From Octopus sinensis (taxonomy: Eukaryota), in assembly GCF_006345805.1 (NCBI RefSeq), contig NW_021829936.1, forward strand, positions 1 to 34,800: a stretch of 34,800 nucleotides of DNA, read 5' to 3'. Below, piece after piece: positions 10,956 to 21,530 of the stretch. The notes beneath the pieces were generated by a model, which saw only the letters and a list, made by a program, of their open reading frames with translations, was not told the origin of the DNA and did no database searches. Every line of letters begins with the position of its first letter. Within the stretch, counting starts at the first letter, position 1. A program made the position numbers and the translations under genes.

Positions 10956-11559
10956 TTGTGTATATATACATACATACACACAAAATATTGGGGTTTAGTT
11001 CAAAGGTAATCTAAACGACTATGTACGTTGGTTAAGTGCTGTAAAGGATTACCAGGGCTCCAAGGTTATAGCCGACACGGGAGTTATGGAACAAATGTAG
11101 ATTTCCGATATAGCGGATATATAATTATTTAGGAGGACCTCCACGATCGTTAACACATACCCTTATATATCTCTTCTATCAACCTCTCCTTAACACTTTA
11201 TAAGATAAATGTTAATTCTTTAGTTTATTTTTTAAACCTTAACCTATAAAATCCCCTAATATTTACTTGTGACTCTTATTCCTAAATAATTTAACATTCA
11301 TTTGGTTTCTCCTTTCACAACTTCCAATATACCCATACCTAAAAATATTTCTACAGCCACTGACCTTAGCCATAAAACAGACACAAACACTTACATTGCG
11401 GAACTGTTATTTCAACGAGTTACATCTATCACCCGAAAAAGGCATCTGCACCGTCGGATGCTCCTGAACCAGTTAAGTATCCCACTCGTGAGGGATCGAT
11501 GCTAGATGCGCCGAAACAATTGAAGTGATGAATAAATATTCTATCTTCCATTTACCATG

Positions 11560-12421
11560 CGTGGTCTGTTCAATAAGTATCAAGACTGGGGCCATAGTAA
11601 CGAAGCTAAAGCACGCAAAGCACGCAAATGACTTTAAACTCTGCTGTGTATGCGCACTAAGTTGTAACGTTCTAGCTCACTTCTGCTGTCTACAGCAGTG
11701 CTTGAAAGGAAACTATGTACCATGTGATCGGTGCATTGACCATGAGGAAGTTGAGCAGAGAATCTACATCAAATTTTGCCAAAAGCTTCGTTATACAGGC
11801 CGATGCAAAGTTTTCATCGTTCTCAATACAATCAGAGAGATCTTGTGCAACTGAAACCCGAGTGTCTTTTTGGTCAGCTGAAAGCAGTTTTGGCACAAAC
11901 TTGGCAGACACGCCTCTCATACCCAAATCTTCAGTGACAATGGACTGAACTGAACCGTAACTAATCTGTACATCCTCTAATAACTCATGGATGGTGATTC
12001 GGCGATTTAACCTCACAGCTGCACGCACATCCGCGATGCTTTTCTCAGTTCTGTTGGTTGCGGGTCTCCCAGAACGTTCGTCAATATCGGCATTTTTTCA
12101 GTCATCTTGGAAACGTCTGAACCACTCGTACACTTGCGTGCAGCTTATACACCTCTCTCCATACACTTTCTGCATCTTTATGTAGGCCTCCGAGCAGGTA
12201 TTGCCATGACAACTTTCTCTGTCTTGATCAATGCAACGAGCACGTGCTACATACCTTCCTTCCAAGCACTGCTGTTAACTGCGGCAGTGAACTAGAGCGT
12301 TAAATCTTAGCGCGCATGCGCAGCAAAGTTTAAGGTAAATCTTTGCCAAACTGCTTCATTCTGCGTGCTTTAGCTTCGTTACTATAGCAACAGTCTGTAT
12401 ACTTATTGATCAAATCCCTTA
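11560..12421 (-). mobile_element. Decayed mariner derivative with long inverted ends (two 5' ends) and an N-terminal transposase fragment
   Basis: The minus strand encodes GNTCSEAYIKMQKVYGE..VYEWFRRF..DERSGRP..RRITIHEL..ISYGSVQSI..DLGMRGVSAKFVPKLL (HTH plus WVPxxL-type motif). The left end carries a plus-strand EQRIYIKFCQKL start. Both ends have G.TCAATAAGTA TIR-like sequence, with TA at 12422-12423. Confidence 0.8.
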
Positions 12422-12485
12422 TACATAACGAACACTGTGAATGTGACCGTGCTTTACCAGTAAGCTACCAAGTATAAACCATTCG

Positions 12486-12486
<1 letters not shown>

Positions 12487-12554
<68 letters not shown>

Positions 12555-12574
12555 CGCGCGCGCGCGCGCGCGCG
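12487..12574. repeat. (TG)30(CG)14 alternating purine-pyrimidine tract
   Basis: Counted directly. Confidence 0.95.
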
Positions 12575-12815
12575 ATGGGGTTCCACACAATTTCCGTCTA
12601 CCAAATTCACTCACAAAGCACTGAATGATCCAGAGCTATTGTAGAAGTCACCTGCCTAAGGTACTGCGCAGTGGAATTGAACCCGGAATCGTGATTACAA
12701 AGCGCGAACTTAGTCCAATGCCTTGGAACTGGCACTCTGTTTTATCGGCCCAAGAAAGCTGAAAGACAAAGTTGACCTCAGCGAGATTCTGAATTCAGGA
12801 CGTGAAGAGCGAAGA
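12575..12815 (-). mobile_element. Adjacent degenerate SINE-B (about 12575-12700) and SINE-A (about 12730-12815) fragments
   Basis: TTTCCGTCTACCAAATTCACTCACAAAGC and TTTATCGGCCC..GAAAG..AAAGTTGACCTC segments. Confidence 0.6.
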
Positions 12816-13084
12816 CAAATACTGCAAGACGTTAAAACGGATGAATCATTAGAACGTCTAGGATTCATCCATTTTGAGTTCCTGGGAAAGGAGGTGCACA
12901 TTAGTTGGTCATTAAAATACGTTCCATCAAAGCTACACAGGATTAAGTAACATCATTAGTTAAGTTACTGCTCTGAGAGTTAATAGTTATTTCTCATATA
13001 AAAGCGAGCTGTGCAAAATGTTACCATTTGACTGTAGACACATATAGACATACAACAAGAACGTCCGTATATGAACGCATCTAG

Positions 13085-13265
13085 GTGTGTATGCTCTCCC
13101 TCCTTTTTTCTCTCCTTGTTTTTTCTGTGTCCCTTTCTGTAGAAGAGCGTAGGCTCGAAACGTAAAAGACTTTTTCTATTCCTGAGCGTTATACTAATAC
13201 ATCTGCTTATTTTGTACACCACCTGTCTTCGTCTTTTGTTTTTTTTTTCGTAAACTCTCCCTCTA
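13085..13265 (+). mobile_element. Penelope-like pLTR-type fragment, copy 2
   Basis: Homologous to copies 1, 3 and 4; lies about 700 bp upstream of, and on the same strand as, the PLE RT remnant. Confidence 0.55.
13133..13168 (+). ncRNA. Minimal type I hammerhead-like motif (variant core CUGUAGA)
   Basis: CTTT-CTGTAGA-A-GAGC-GTAG-GCTC-GAAAC-GTA-AAAG. Stem I CTTT/AAAG covaries with GTTT/AAAC in copy 1. Confidence 0.5.
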
Positions 13266-13269
13266 TATA

Positions 13270-13665
13270 TACTCTTTACTCTTTTACTTGTTTCATTCAT
13301 TTGACTGCGGCCATGCTGGAGCACCGCCTCTAGCAAATCGACCCCGGGACTTATTCTTTGTAAGCCCAGTACTTATTCTATCGGTCTCTTTTGCCGAACC
13401 GCTAAGTGACGGGGACGTAAACACACCAGCATCGGTTGTCAAGCAATGCTAGGGGGACAAACACACACACACACACACACATACATACACATATATATAT
13501 ACACATATATACGACAGGCTTCTTTCAGTTTCCGTCTACCAAATCCACTCACAAGGCATTGGTCGACCCGGGGCTATAGCAGAAGACACTTGCCCAAGAT
13601 GCCACGCAGTGGGACTGAACCCGGAACCATGTGGTTGGTTAGCAAGCTACTTACCACACAACCTG
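13270..13665 (-). mobile_element. SINE family B, near full length
   Basis: Tail (GAGTAAAA)n, CORE-like box and tRNA-like head. Confidence 0.85.
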
Positions 13666-13816
13666 GTTTGTTTTTTGTTCGTTTGTTTGTTTGGGGGTTT
13701 TATTTTTCAGAAAGAACATTAAGAAATTAGTGTTTTTTTAATAAATTTCGTGTAATGTAGCTGATAATTCAAGAGAGAACAAGCTTCGAATTACCAGCTG
13801 AATGATCGGAAAAGTA

Positions 13817-13938
13817 ACTCGAAGTACTAAAATTATGAACCTTTTCAGTTATAAAATCTTAAAGAATTTTCTACAGCTATACATTAAATAATCCAGTAAT
13901 TTATAACTGAAAGGGTTCATAATTTTAGTACTTCGAGT
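13817..13938. repeat. 39-bp inverted repeat with 44-nt spacer
   Basis: Arms 13817-13855 and 13900-13938 differ at one position (G-U compatible); weaker pairing extends to about 13798 and 13963. Confidence 0.9.
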
Positions 13939-13964
13939 AATTTATTCCTTCTCGGTGATTCAGT

Positions 13965-15112
13965 GCACATCCAATAACCCAAAATGCCCACCCAAACTTA
14001 GATATGTAAAGCCATCTCCCGAAAACAGTCAACCAAAAAATGCTTTGACAGTATCTTTCAACGTAGTGAATCCCTAGTCAAACATCCCTCACGACTTAGG
14101 AACTGAGGCCATTAAATTCTGGTTGGGTAATTATGCAGGTGAACCACCCTATCGGATGAAAAAAATTTTTAAGAGGACTAAAATTTATTTTAGAAAATAA
14201 TTACTGGAATTGCGATGGGAATGAAAACAGCCTTCCCCACTTCCGCAACGAATCTAATTAGGGGCCATCTAGGGATTACATTATACAAAAACTACTAAGA
14301 AAATATGGAAACTCCTTTTTCATATACATACCAGAAAACTGTAAAAGACATTTCGTAGATTGCTTCATTCTATGGAATGAAAGCGTAGGAAAACTAAAAG
14401 GATTTGAAGCAACCCTCAATGGAATTAATGAAGTTATTCAATTCACCATGGAATATAGCCATAACCAACTCCCATTTTTAGGCATCTTAATAAAGAGAAT
14501 CAACAACCAAATAGAAACGGTTTACAATAAACCTACAGATTTCAAACAATTACCATCCATTCAATTTACGTCATTCGTGACACACCAGAATAAATGTCCG
14601 TTACAACCAAGCCAGAAGGATCTACATGATACTATCCGCTACAAAAATCTGTGACATGAGACTCCAAGAATTGAAAGATACACTCTTTGGCTGGAATTAC
14701 CTAACAACCTTAATCGATACGAGAATACAACGAACCAAGACATTCTGTATCCATGAGCTGAAAACAAACAAAACAAAGAAACGAGTCGAAATCCTAGCAT
14801 ACATTTCCGCATACAATCTCAAAAACAATGAGGCCTACAACATTATATTCCAAAATATAACGCTACTGAACAAGGAGCCCAGGCTGAACCAAATCCGCTA
14901 AACATAAAGAGTAGAGCAACGCAAATCGATGAAAAAATACTAACAAAGGCGCGGGAGTGGCTCTGTGGTAAGTAGCTTGCTTACCAACCACATATGGTTC
15001 CGGGTTCAGTTCCACTGCGTGGCACCTTGGGCAAGTGTCTTCTACTATAGCCTCGGATCGTCCAAAGCCTTGTGAGTGGATTTTGGTAAACGGAAACTGA
15101 AAGAAGCCCATC

Positions 15113-15180
<68 letters not shown>

Positions 15181-15770
15181 TGTGTGTGTGTTGACCCCAC
15201 TAACATCGCTTGACAACCGATGTTGGTGTGTTTACGTCCCCGTAACTAAGCAGTTCGGCAAGAGAGACCGATAGAATAAGTAGTAGGCTTACAAAGAATA
15301 AGTCCTGGGGTCGATTTGCTCGACAAAAGGCGGTGCTCCAGTATGAAAAAAAAGAATGTAGGCCAAACTTCACACAATGACAACAGGACCAATAGTAAAA
15401 AATTTAGAAGTCCCTACTTTTAATCTGAAAGAAGGACCAGGGTTCCGTTTTAAACAAGGAAAACTCTTCACAATAAAAATAAAAAACCCACTTCATCTGA
15501 AAAACTAATCTATGCCATAAACATGCTCAGGATGCGGAGAACCTTACATTGATCAGGTGGGAGGGACTTTGTGACAACGCATGATGCTGCAATTGAAATA
15601 CGGGGATGCAGACAAGTAGGGCTCAGTAAATATATATAGGCGCAATTGTAAGCAAGAAACAATCAAACTTAATGATTTTCCCTCTGTTATAATTTAACTT
15701 AACATAATCCAACAGCAGTGCATCAACAAAGAAATATCGGAGCTAATGCAGTTTCGCATCTCCTCTTGAA
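13965..15770 (+). mobile_element. Decayed Penelope-like retroelement (RT plus GIY-YIG endonuclease), interrupted by a SINE
   Basis: Frameshifted translations: VSFNVVN..SNIPHDLG.EAIKFWL; GIAMGMKTA; KRHFVDCFILW (degraded YxDD); IQFTMEYS..QLPFLGI..YNKPTD; NQARRI..RLQELK; then LIYAI.CSGCGEPYIDQVGGTL.QRM after the SINE (GIY-YIG). Confidence 0.85.
14948..15345 (+). mobile_element. SINE family B nested in the PLE, 3' tail lost
   Basis: Head GGCGCGGGAGTGGC through GGCGGTGCTCCAG; no TSD is visible. Confidence 0.85.
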
Positions 15771-15811
15771 AAATGCTTCTTTTTTTTTTTTTTAAATATA
15801 TTTTCGGATCC

Positions 15812-16220
15812 CTACGTTTTAGATGTCGAAGATTACGAATATGCAAATTTGAGCCCCTTATTAAACTTTATAACATTAATTATTAAACAGTAATGTTTGT
15901 TTCTCATAAAATGGCGTGTATTTGATTTACATTCAATTATCATTTACGATTATTTTAGGCAAACACAAGTAAAACGCGAATTCTTTTCACTTCAATGTTT
16001 TTATCTGTATTTAATTTCGATTTGCATATGTTCATCAATTCGCTACGATCTCAAAGTAAACAAAAAAAAATTTTAATGGTGGGGGTGGGGGTGAAATTAA
16101 AATTTTTTTGCATATTCGATATCTCCGACATGTAAAACGTAGAAAACCAAAAAAAAAATTTTTTTTTTTAAATGCATTTTTCAAAGAGAAGTGTGAAACT
16201 ACATTAGCCTCGAAATATCT
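15812..16220. repeat. Dispersed AT-rich repeat copy 2 with 36-bp inverted arms (15812-15847 / 16107-16142)
   Basis: Homologous to 4261-4720; the arms match with about 4 mismatches. Confidence 0.7.
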
Positions 16221-16554
16221 TAACCAAATACCAATCACGTTTAAACTGTTGTGGCTCGAAGACAACAACCAGCAACACTGCTGCAACCTTTTGTTATAGT
16301 CACCACAACTTCTACTTGTTAGAAGGACAAATGCTAAAGCCACCGAAAGCTATAACTAGTGTAGCTGCTGCTGCTGCCACTAACAACTATCTACTACTTC
16401 TGTTAATTGTTGTCCAGCAATAATCAGAAGAAAACGAAATACAACACCATGTGAAAAACAGAACTAATATCATGGAAGATTTATTTATTTCACTTTCCCC
16501 TTTTATTTTTGCATGACTAGATCATTGTCTTAAAGCAATAGAAACCGGTAGTTA

Positions 16555-16755
16555 CTCATTTAGATAAATATAGATAGGTAGGTAGAAAGATAAGTAGATA
16601 GGTAGATGGATAGGTAGGTATGTAGGTAGATGGGTAGATAGATAGATGGGTAGATAGATAGGTAGATAGATAGATAGATGAGTAGGTAGATAGATGAGTA
16701 GGTAGATAGATAGATAGATGAGTAGATAGATAGATAGGTAGGTAGGTAGACACCT
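16555..16755. repeat. (TAGA)n/(TAGG)n tetranucleotide tract
   Basis: Direct inspection. Confidence 0.9.
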
Positions 16756-16956
16756 ATGAACATATATATGTGCGTGTGTGATGTACATAATGGATCCCCG
16801 TCCGTTGTCGCATATAAAGTGTATAAAATATCCACATACATGTATATAGTATTGGTATGTTTTGGCACCACTTTGTTCTTTCTTGTAGCCACTGACCTTC
16901 ACTGATTTGATTCTTCTAACAAAGTGAAACTTGTCTTTCATAATATAGGTTGTCAT

Positions 16957-17173
16957 GGCGGCGAACTGGCAGACACGTTAGCACGCCGGGCGAAATGCTT
17001 AGCGGTATTTCGTCTGCCGCTACGTTCTGAGTTCAAATTCCGCCGAGGTCGACTTTGCCTTTCATCCTTTCGGTGTCGATAAATTAAGTACTAGTTGCGT
17101 ACCGGGTCAATCTAATCGACTACCCCCCCCCTCACCAAACATTTCGGGCCTTGTGCCTACAGTAGAAAAGAAT
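16957..17173 (+). mobile_element. SINE family A, short form
   Basis: Complete from head to the AGTAGAAAAGAAT tail. Confidence 0.85.
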
Positions 17174-17175
17174 AT

Positions 17176-17368
17176 ATATTTCTTTATTGCCCACAGGGAG
17201 CTAAACCTAGAGGGGACAAACAAGGACAGACAAAGGGATTAAGTCAATTACATCGAGCCCAGTGTGTAACTGATACTTATTTAATCGACCCCGAAAGGAT
17301 GAAAGGCAAGGTCGACTTCGGCGGAAATTGAACTCAGAACGTAACGGCAGACGAAATACCGCTTAGCT
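17176..17368 (-). mobile_element. SINE family A, 5'-truncated long form
   Basis: Lies tail-to-tail with the previous copy; ends AAAGAAATA. Confidence 0.85.
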
Positions 17369-17396
17369 AGAGGAAGCAAGACGGTACCTGTCACCA

Positions 17397-17548
17397 AATT
17401 CCGCCGAGGTCGACTTTGCCTTTCATCCTTTCGGGGTCGATTAAATAAGTACCAGTTATGCACTGGGGTCGATGTAATCAACTTAATCCGTTTGTCTGTC
17501 CTTGTTTGTCCCCTCTGTGTTTAGCCCCTTGTGGGTAGTAAAGAAATA
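17397..17548 (+). mobile_element. 5'-truncated SINE-A long form with 14-bp TSD
   Basis: GGTACCTGTCACCA at 17383-17396 and 17549-17562. Confidence 0.9.
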
Positions 17549-17731
17549 GGTACCTGTCACCACCTTCGGGACCCCTAGAACTTGTGGGAGGATAGAAGGG
17601 AGTTCTCAGATTAGAGAACTTACATTAATGCTTGAGGGGAGGGGTCCGCTAAAATCACCCATGAGTCAGGTGTGATGTTATGTGAGGTGGCGGTTTAAGT
17701 CCACCAACTCAAAACAACAACAATTCTTTTG

Positions 17732-18300
17732 ATGAGCTTCCACACAGTTTCCGTCTTCTAAACTTACTTTGCAAGGCTTTAGTCGAGCCGAGGCGATGAT
17801 AGAAATAGAAAACGGCGTCGAGCTGGCAGAAACGTTAGCACGCCGGGCGAAATGTCTAGCGGTATTTCGTCTGCCGTTACGTTCTGAGTTCAAATTCCGC
17901 CGAGGTCGACTTTACCTTTCATCCTTTCGGGGTCGATTAAATAGATACCAGTTACGCACTGGCGTCGATATAATCGACTTAATCCGTTTGTCTGTCCTTG
18001 TTTGTCCCCTCTGTGTTTAGTCCTTGTGGGTAGTAAAGAAATAGGTATTTCGCCTGCCGCTACGTTCTGGGTTCAAATTCCGCCGAGGTCGACTTTGCCT
18101 TTCATCCTTTCGGGGTCGATAAATTAAGTATCAGTTACGCACTGGGGTCGATGTAATCGACTTATTCCTTTTGTCTGCCCCTCCATGTTTAGCCCCTTGT
18201 GGACAATAAAGAAATAAGAAATAGAAAACATTGGCCTAAAATTCCGGGCGGTAGAATTGAACCCTGAACTACATAATTGCTGAACAAATTTCTTGACTAC
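17732..18300 (-). mobile_element. Old SINE-B split by the SINE-A dimer
   Basis: The B sequence (CAGTTTCCGTC..CAAGGCTTTAGTCGAGCCGAGG) resumes after 18229 (TTGGCCTAA..ATTGAACCC). Confidence 0.6.
17814..18216 (+). mobile_element. SINE family A dimer (long plus long) with 13-bp TSD
   Basis: AGAAATAGAAAAC at 17801-17813 and 18217-18229; internal AAAGAAATA|GGTATTTCG junction. Confidence 0.9.
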
Positions 18301-19189
18301 GTAATCATCCTTCCGCCCATAACTTGTTATTTCAAACAATAAAGTGTTTTGCTTCTTTTTTTTACCTTTTCACATGTGAACACCTAGTGTTCAAATATGA
18401 TCGAGGGAGCTGATCAGGTTTGATAAAATTCCAGACTACCATCCAAATTTCGCATCCTGTCACTAACATATTCCGTCCACCGTTCAACTACGTTTCATTT
18501 CAGCAACCGCTAAATATTGATGATTTGTGGTAAGGTCCCAGCTATAAACAACGGAGAGAGTGTAATATTCACGAATGCTTGCTCAGTTTGCCCAAGCTGA
18601 ACGTTTGGCTTTCGGAGGCTGATTTGCTCAGAGCTAAAAGGACGTTTCAACACGATAATCTAACAAGATTACGTCCCGTACAGTTCTGATCGGATCTGCA
18701 CGTTACTTAAGACATTTAGATCAGTCTGTCTGGACATGGTTAAATAAAATTCTATAAATATTCCTCGATAAAGTATCTAATATTTTCTTACGTCTACAGA
18801 GATTTAGTTCTAAAGGTATTTCGACTTTTCTAAAAGTATCCAGTTCTAAAAATAACTGAACTGTTCTTGTCAAAATATACACAATATTACCGTTTCCTTC
18901 TGTCAGCAGCACAAATAAATAGTTTCAAAGTATTTCATACTTTCCTATAAATATAAGTGACATATCAATAATTCTGTTTTGAATGTATCTGCTGCGTGTA
19001 CAGGGATTATATGATTCCGTCAGATTTTCTAAATATATCGGAAAATGTGTTTAAATCATCTAGAAATTCGTTCTATCTCTGAAATAAACAGCCGAACGTT
19101 ATTCTTGTAAATGTATGAAAAATGTTCAGTGAAATCGTAAAAGTGAATTGTTGTTTTTCAATACCTAGCTAAGTAAAGTAGATGCTATA

Positions 19190-19285
19190 TACCGTATTTA
19201 ACGGTATATAAAAAAAAACACACACAAGCAAATTAGACGCACCCTAATTTCAGGAGTTAATATTCAAGGAAAAGTGAGCGTCTGG
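19190..19285. mobile_element. Possible pogo/Tc1-mariner MITE end fragment
   Basis: TA-CCGTATTTAACGG..TA and TAGACGCACCCTAATTTC..AAAAGTGAGCGTCT resemble pogo-type MITE termini; only one end is seen. Confidence 0.35.
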
Positions 19286-19386
19286 CACAACATTTAGCTT
19301 TTAGGAGACCCAACATAGGACAGGGGGTAATCTTTCGAGACATTTTTTGAGATAAAAAGTGTATCGTATATGCTATCAAATACGCC

Positions 19387-19799
19387 GGATCTTTTCGGTT
19401 TGAACGGCAGTTTTTTCTAGCGGTGTCATATGAAATTGTCACCCATAATTATGACCCTAGTATCGATCTATTGCATTTCAAATTGTCTAAGGGTTAGGGG
19501 TGGGGGAAGGGTATCTTTTTTTTCTTCACAAATGTAAATAAACCCAATCTGTTTCTTAAACGAGGGACATATTCATACAGCACAGAATGTTTTTTTTTAC
19601 CTCAATAGACGTCAGTGATTGGTTGAAATTGCAGAAGTTGAAGAAAAAAAACAAATATCTTACAATCTATAGAATTTTCTCAATAAAGCCAAGAGAAAAA
19701 GATGTTTTATAAACACATTCTACCAGTATACGAAGTTAAAAATTTTTTTTAGTTACCTAGAAATTATGTTAAAAACTGCCGTTCAAACCGAAGAGATCC
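19387..19799. mobile_element. MITE with 29-bp TIRs and 8-bp TSD, probably Merlin superfamily
   Basis: TIR GGATCTTTTCGGTTTGAACGGCAGTTTTT (19387-19415) vs 19771-19799 has 1 mismatch. TSD AATACGCC at 19379-19386 and 19800-19807. GG termini with an 8-bp TSD fit Merlin; the superfamily call is inference. Confidence 0.85.
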
Positions 19800-21169
19800 A
19801 ATACGCCAGTGTACAGAATGAGATGTATTGTGTAGCGATTAAAATGCACAAAAAAAAAATAGAAAACATCTTAAAATTGACTTAGAAAGAAATTCAGATA
19901 TTTTTTAAAGCTGGTAGTAAATACTTTGTGCCATTGTTGTTACTGTTGCTTCCATTATACAAACTGTGAACACATTATGGAGATCCTACAAGTTAAATAA
20001 CAAACTTTTTACACCGAGTCGACATTTGTTTTTTTTTTTCCTTGTTATAATTGTTTTGTCGTTTAGTTATTGTTGAAAAGAATGGTTGTTATATAGTTAT
20101 ATGTATTTTATAAAAAATTTCTTATCGATTTTCTTATCTTTGGTGTCAGTAGACGAACTTTCAATCATTGTTTATTATGTCTTTCTGAAAATGAGAAATG
20201 CTTGTCTGAAAAGGGGGAAAATCATACAATACAAAACGAAAAAGGAAAAAGCAACTTATAGTGGAGACTATCCTTTCATTCTTGTCACAATATAACTAAA
20301 TTGTCTAGATAGATGTATGTATACATCCATCAAGATATACTTATATTACTCACACACACTGGCGTATATATATATATATGGATATATATATATATATTCG
20401 GCTTACCTTGAGAATTTGGTTAGTTTTCATCAATGTACTCCGATGGTAAATATGGCGTGATTGGGTAGTAAACTTATCGTTTGCTTCTTATCATTTGAAT
20501 AAAAGCAGATGAGAACCGAAAATTATCAAAGCACAGATGAGCGCAATGGTGGAAAGAGAAATGAGAGATTTGAAAAACAAAAATACAATGAAAAATAAAA
20601 AATAAAAAAGAAAGAGAGAAAATGTGGAATAAGAAAGAATATGACGCCACAGGAGATTACAAATTAGATATATAGACAGACCGATAGGCAGATGCAGTTA
20701 GATATAAATACATATAAAGACACGACCAGATATAGAGGCATAAATTCGTAGATAAATGTTTAACACAAAAGGGACAATACAAAAGAGAAAACTAATTCGA
20801 TCGCCCACTAGTTATTAGATAACCTGGAAATGAATTTAGTGACTACATTCCTACAAAACTAAACTTATAGTTGTTATATATAGAATTACTGCTTAACAGT
20901 AACTTGTTCAATGTTATAGATAGATAGATAGAAAGATAGATAGATAGATATAGTATTTTTAATAATATTTCCCTCTAACCGCTAACAATCCTAAACATTG
21001 CACGCATCACTCTAGATTGTCTCTATTGATTTATTGGTGAGCTAACAGAATCGTTAGAAAAATGTGTTCGCTCCGACTTCTAAGATTCTGAGTTCAAATC
21101 AGGTCAACTTTGCTTTTCTCCCTTCGATAAATGAAAATTATCAGTCAAGTACTAACTTACTACTTGTAC

Positions 21170-21530
21170 TTGTGGCGACATTAACCCTAGGCGGGTTGAG
21201 TCGGCTTCTTCTACTCATGCAAGAAGTTTCGTGGGAATATGTGGATTTCACAAGCGGTCCCCAACAATCCCGCATGTGGAGACATCCTGTTTGCCGCAGA
21301 TTGTCCGCAGACGCAGGGACAGAACGACCGAGAAGCCGCCGGTTGCCGAAACAGACACTCCGAGGATTTTCACGTCTGCCGGGTTGTAGCCCCAATACCA
21401 CTTGGTGTCAGACTAATCTGCCTTGGGTGGCCCTACCAGGAACCGAAGTTTCCGACGGCATAGCTCTGACACTACCCGTTGCCGGCGTCCCCACCACGGT
21501 GAGGAGGGGATGAACTTTGGGGATTAACAC
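21170..21530 (-). mobile_element. RTE-clade (Rex3/Expander-like) LINE 5' UTR and ORF start fragment
   Basis: GC-rich island. Minus-strand CACCGTGGTGGGG...GAGCTATGCCGTCGG...CCTGGTAGGGCCACCCAAGGCA resembles recalled RTE 5' UTRs. The ORF ends RLNPPRVNVAT, near where an APE domain would start. Confidence 0.5.

Noticed and set aside
12723-12950. 75-aa protein-like ORF
   Set aside because: Its first half is the antisense of a degenerate SINE-A.
18721-18912. 63-aa minus-strand ORF in unique DNA
   Set aside because: No recognisable motif or convincing splice sites; the length is within chance.
19492-19510. GGGTTAGGG telomere-like motif
   Set aside because: Fewer than two units, and internal to a MITE.
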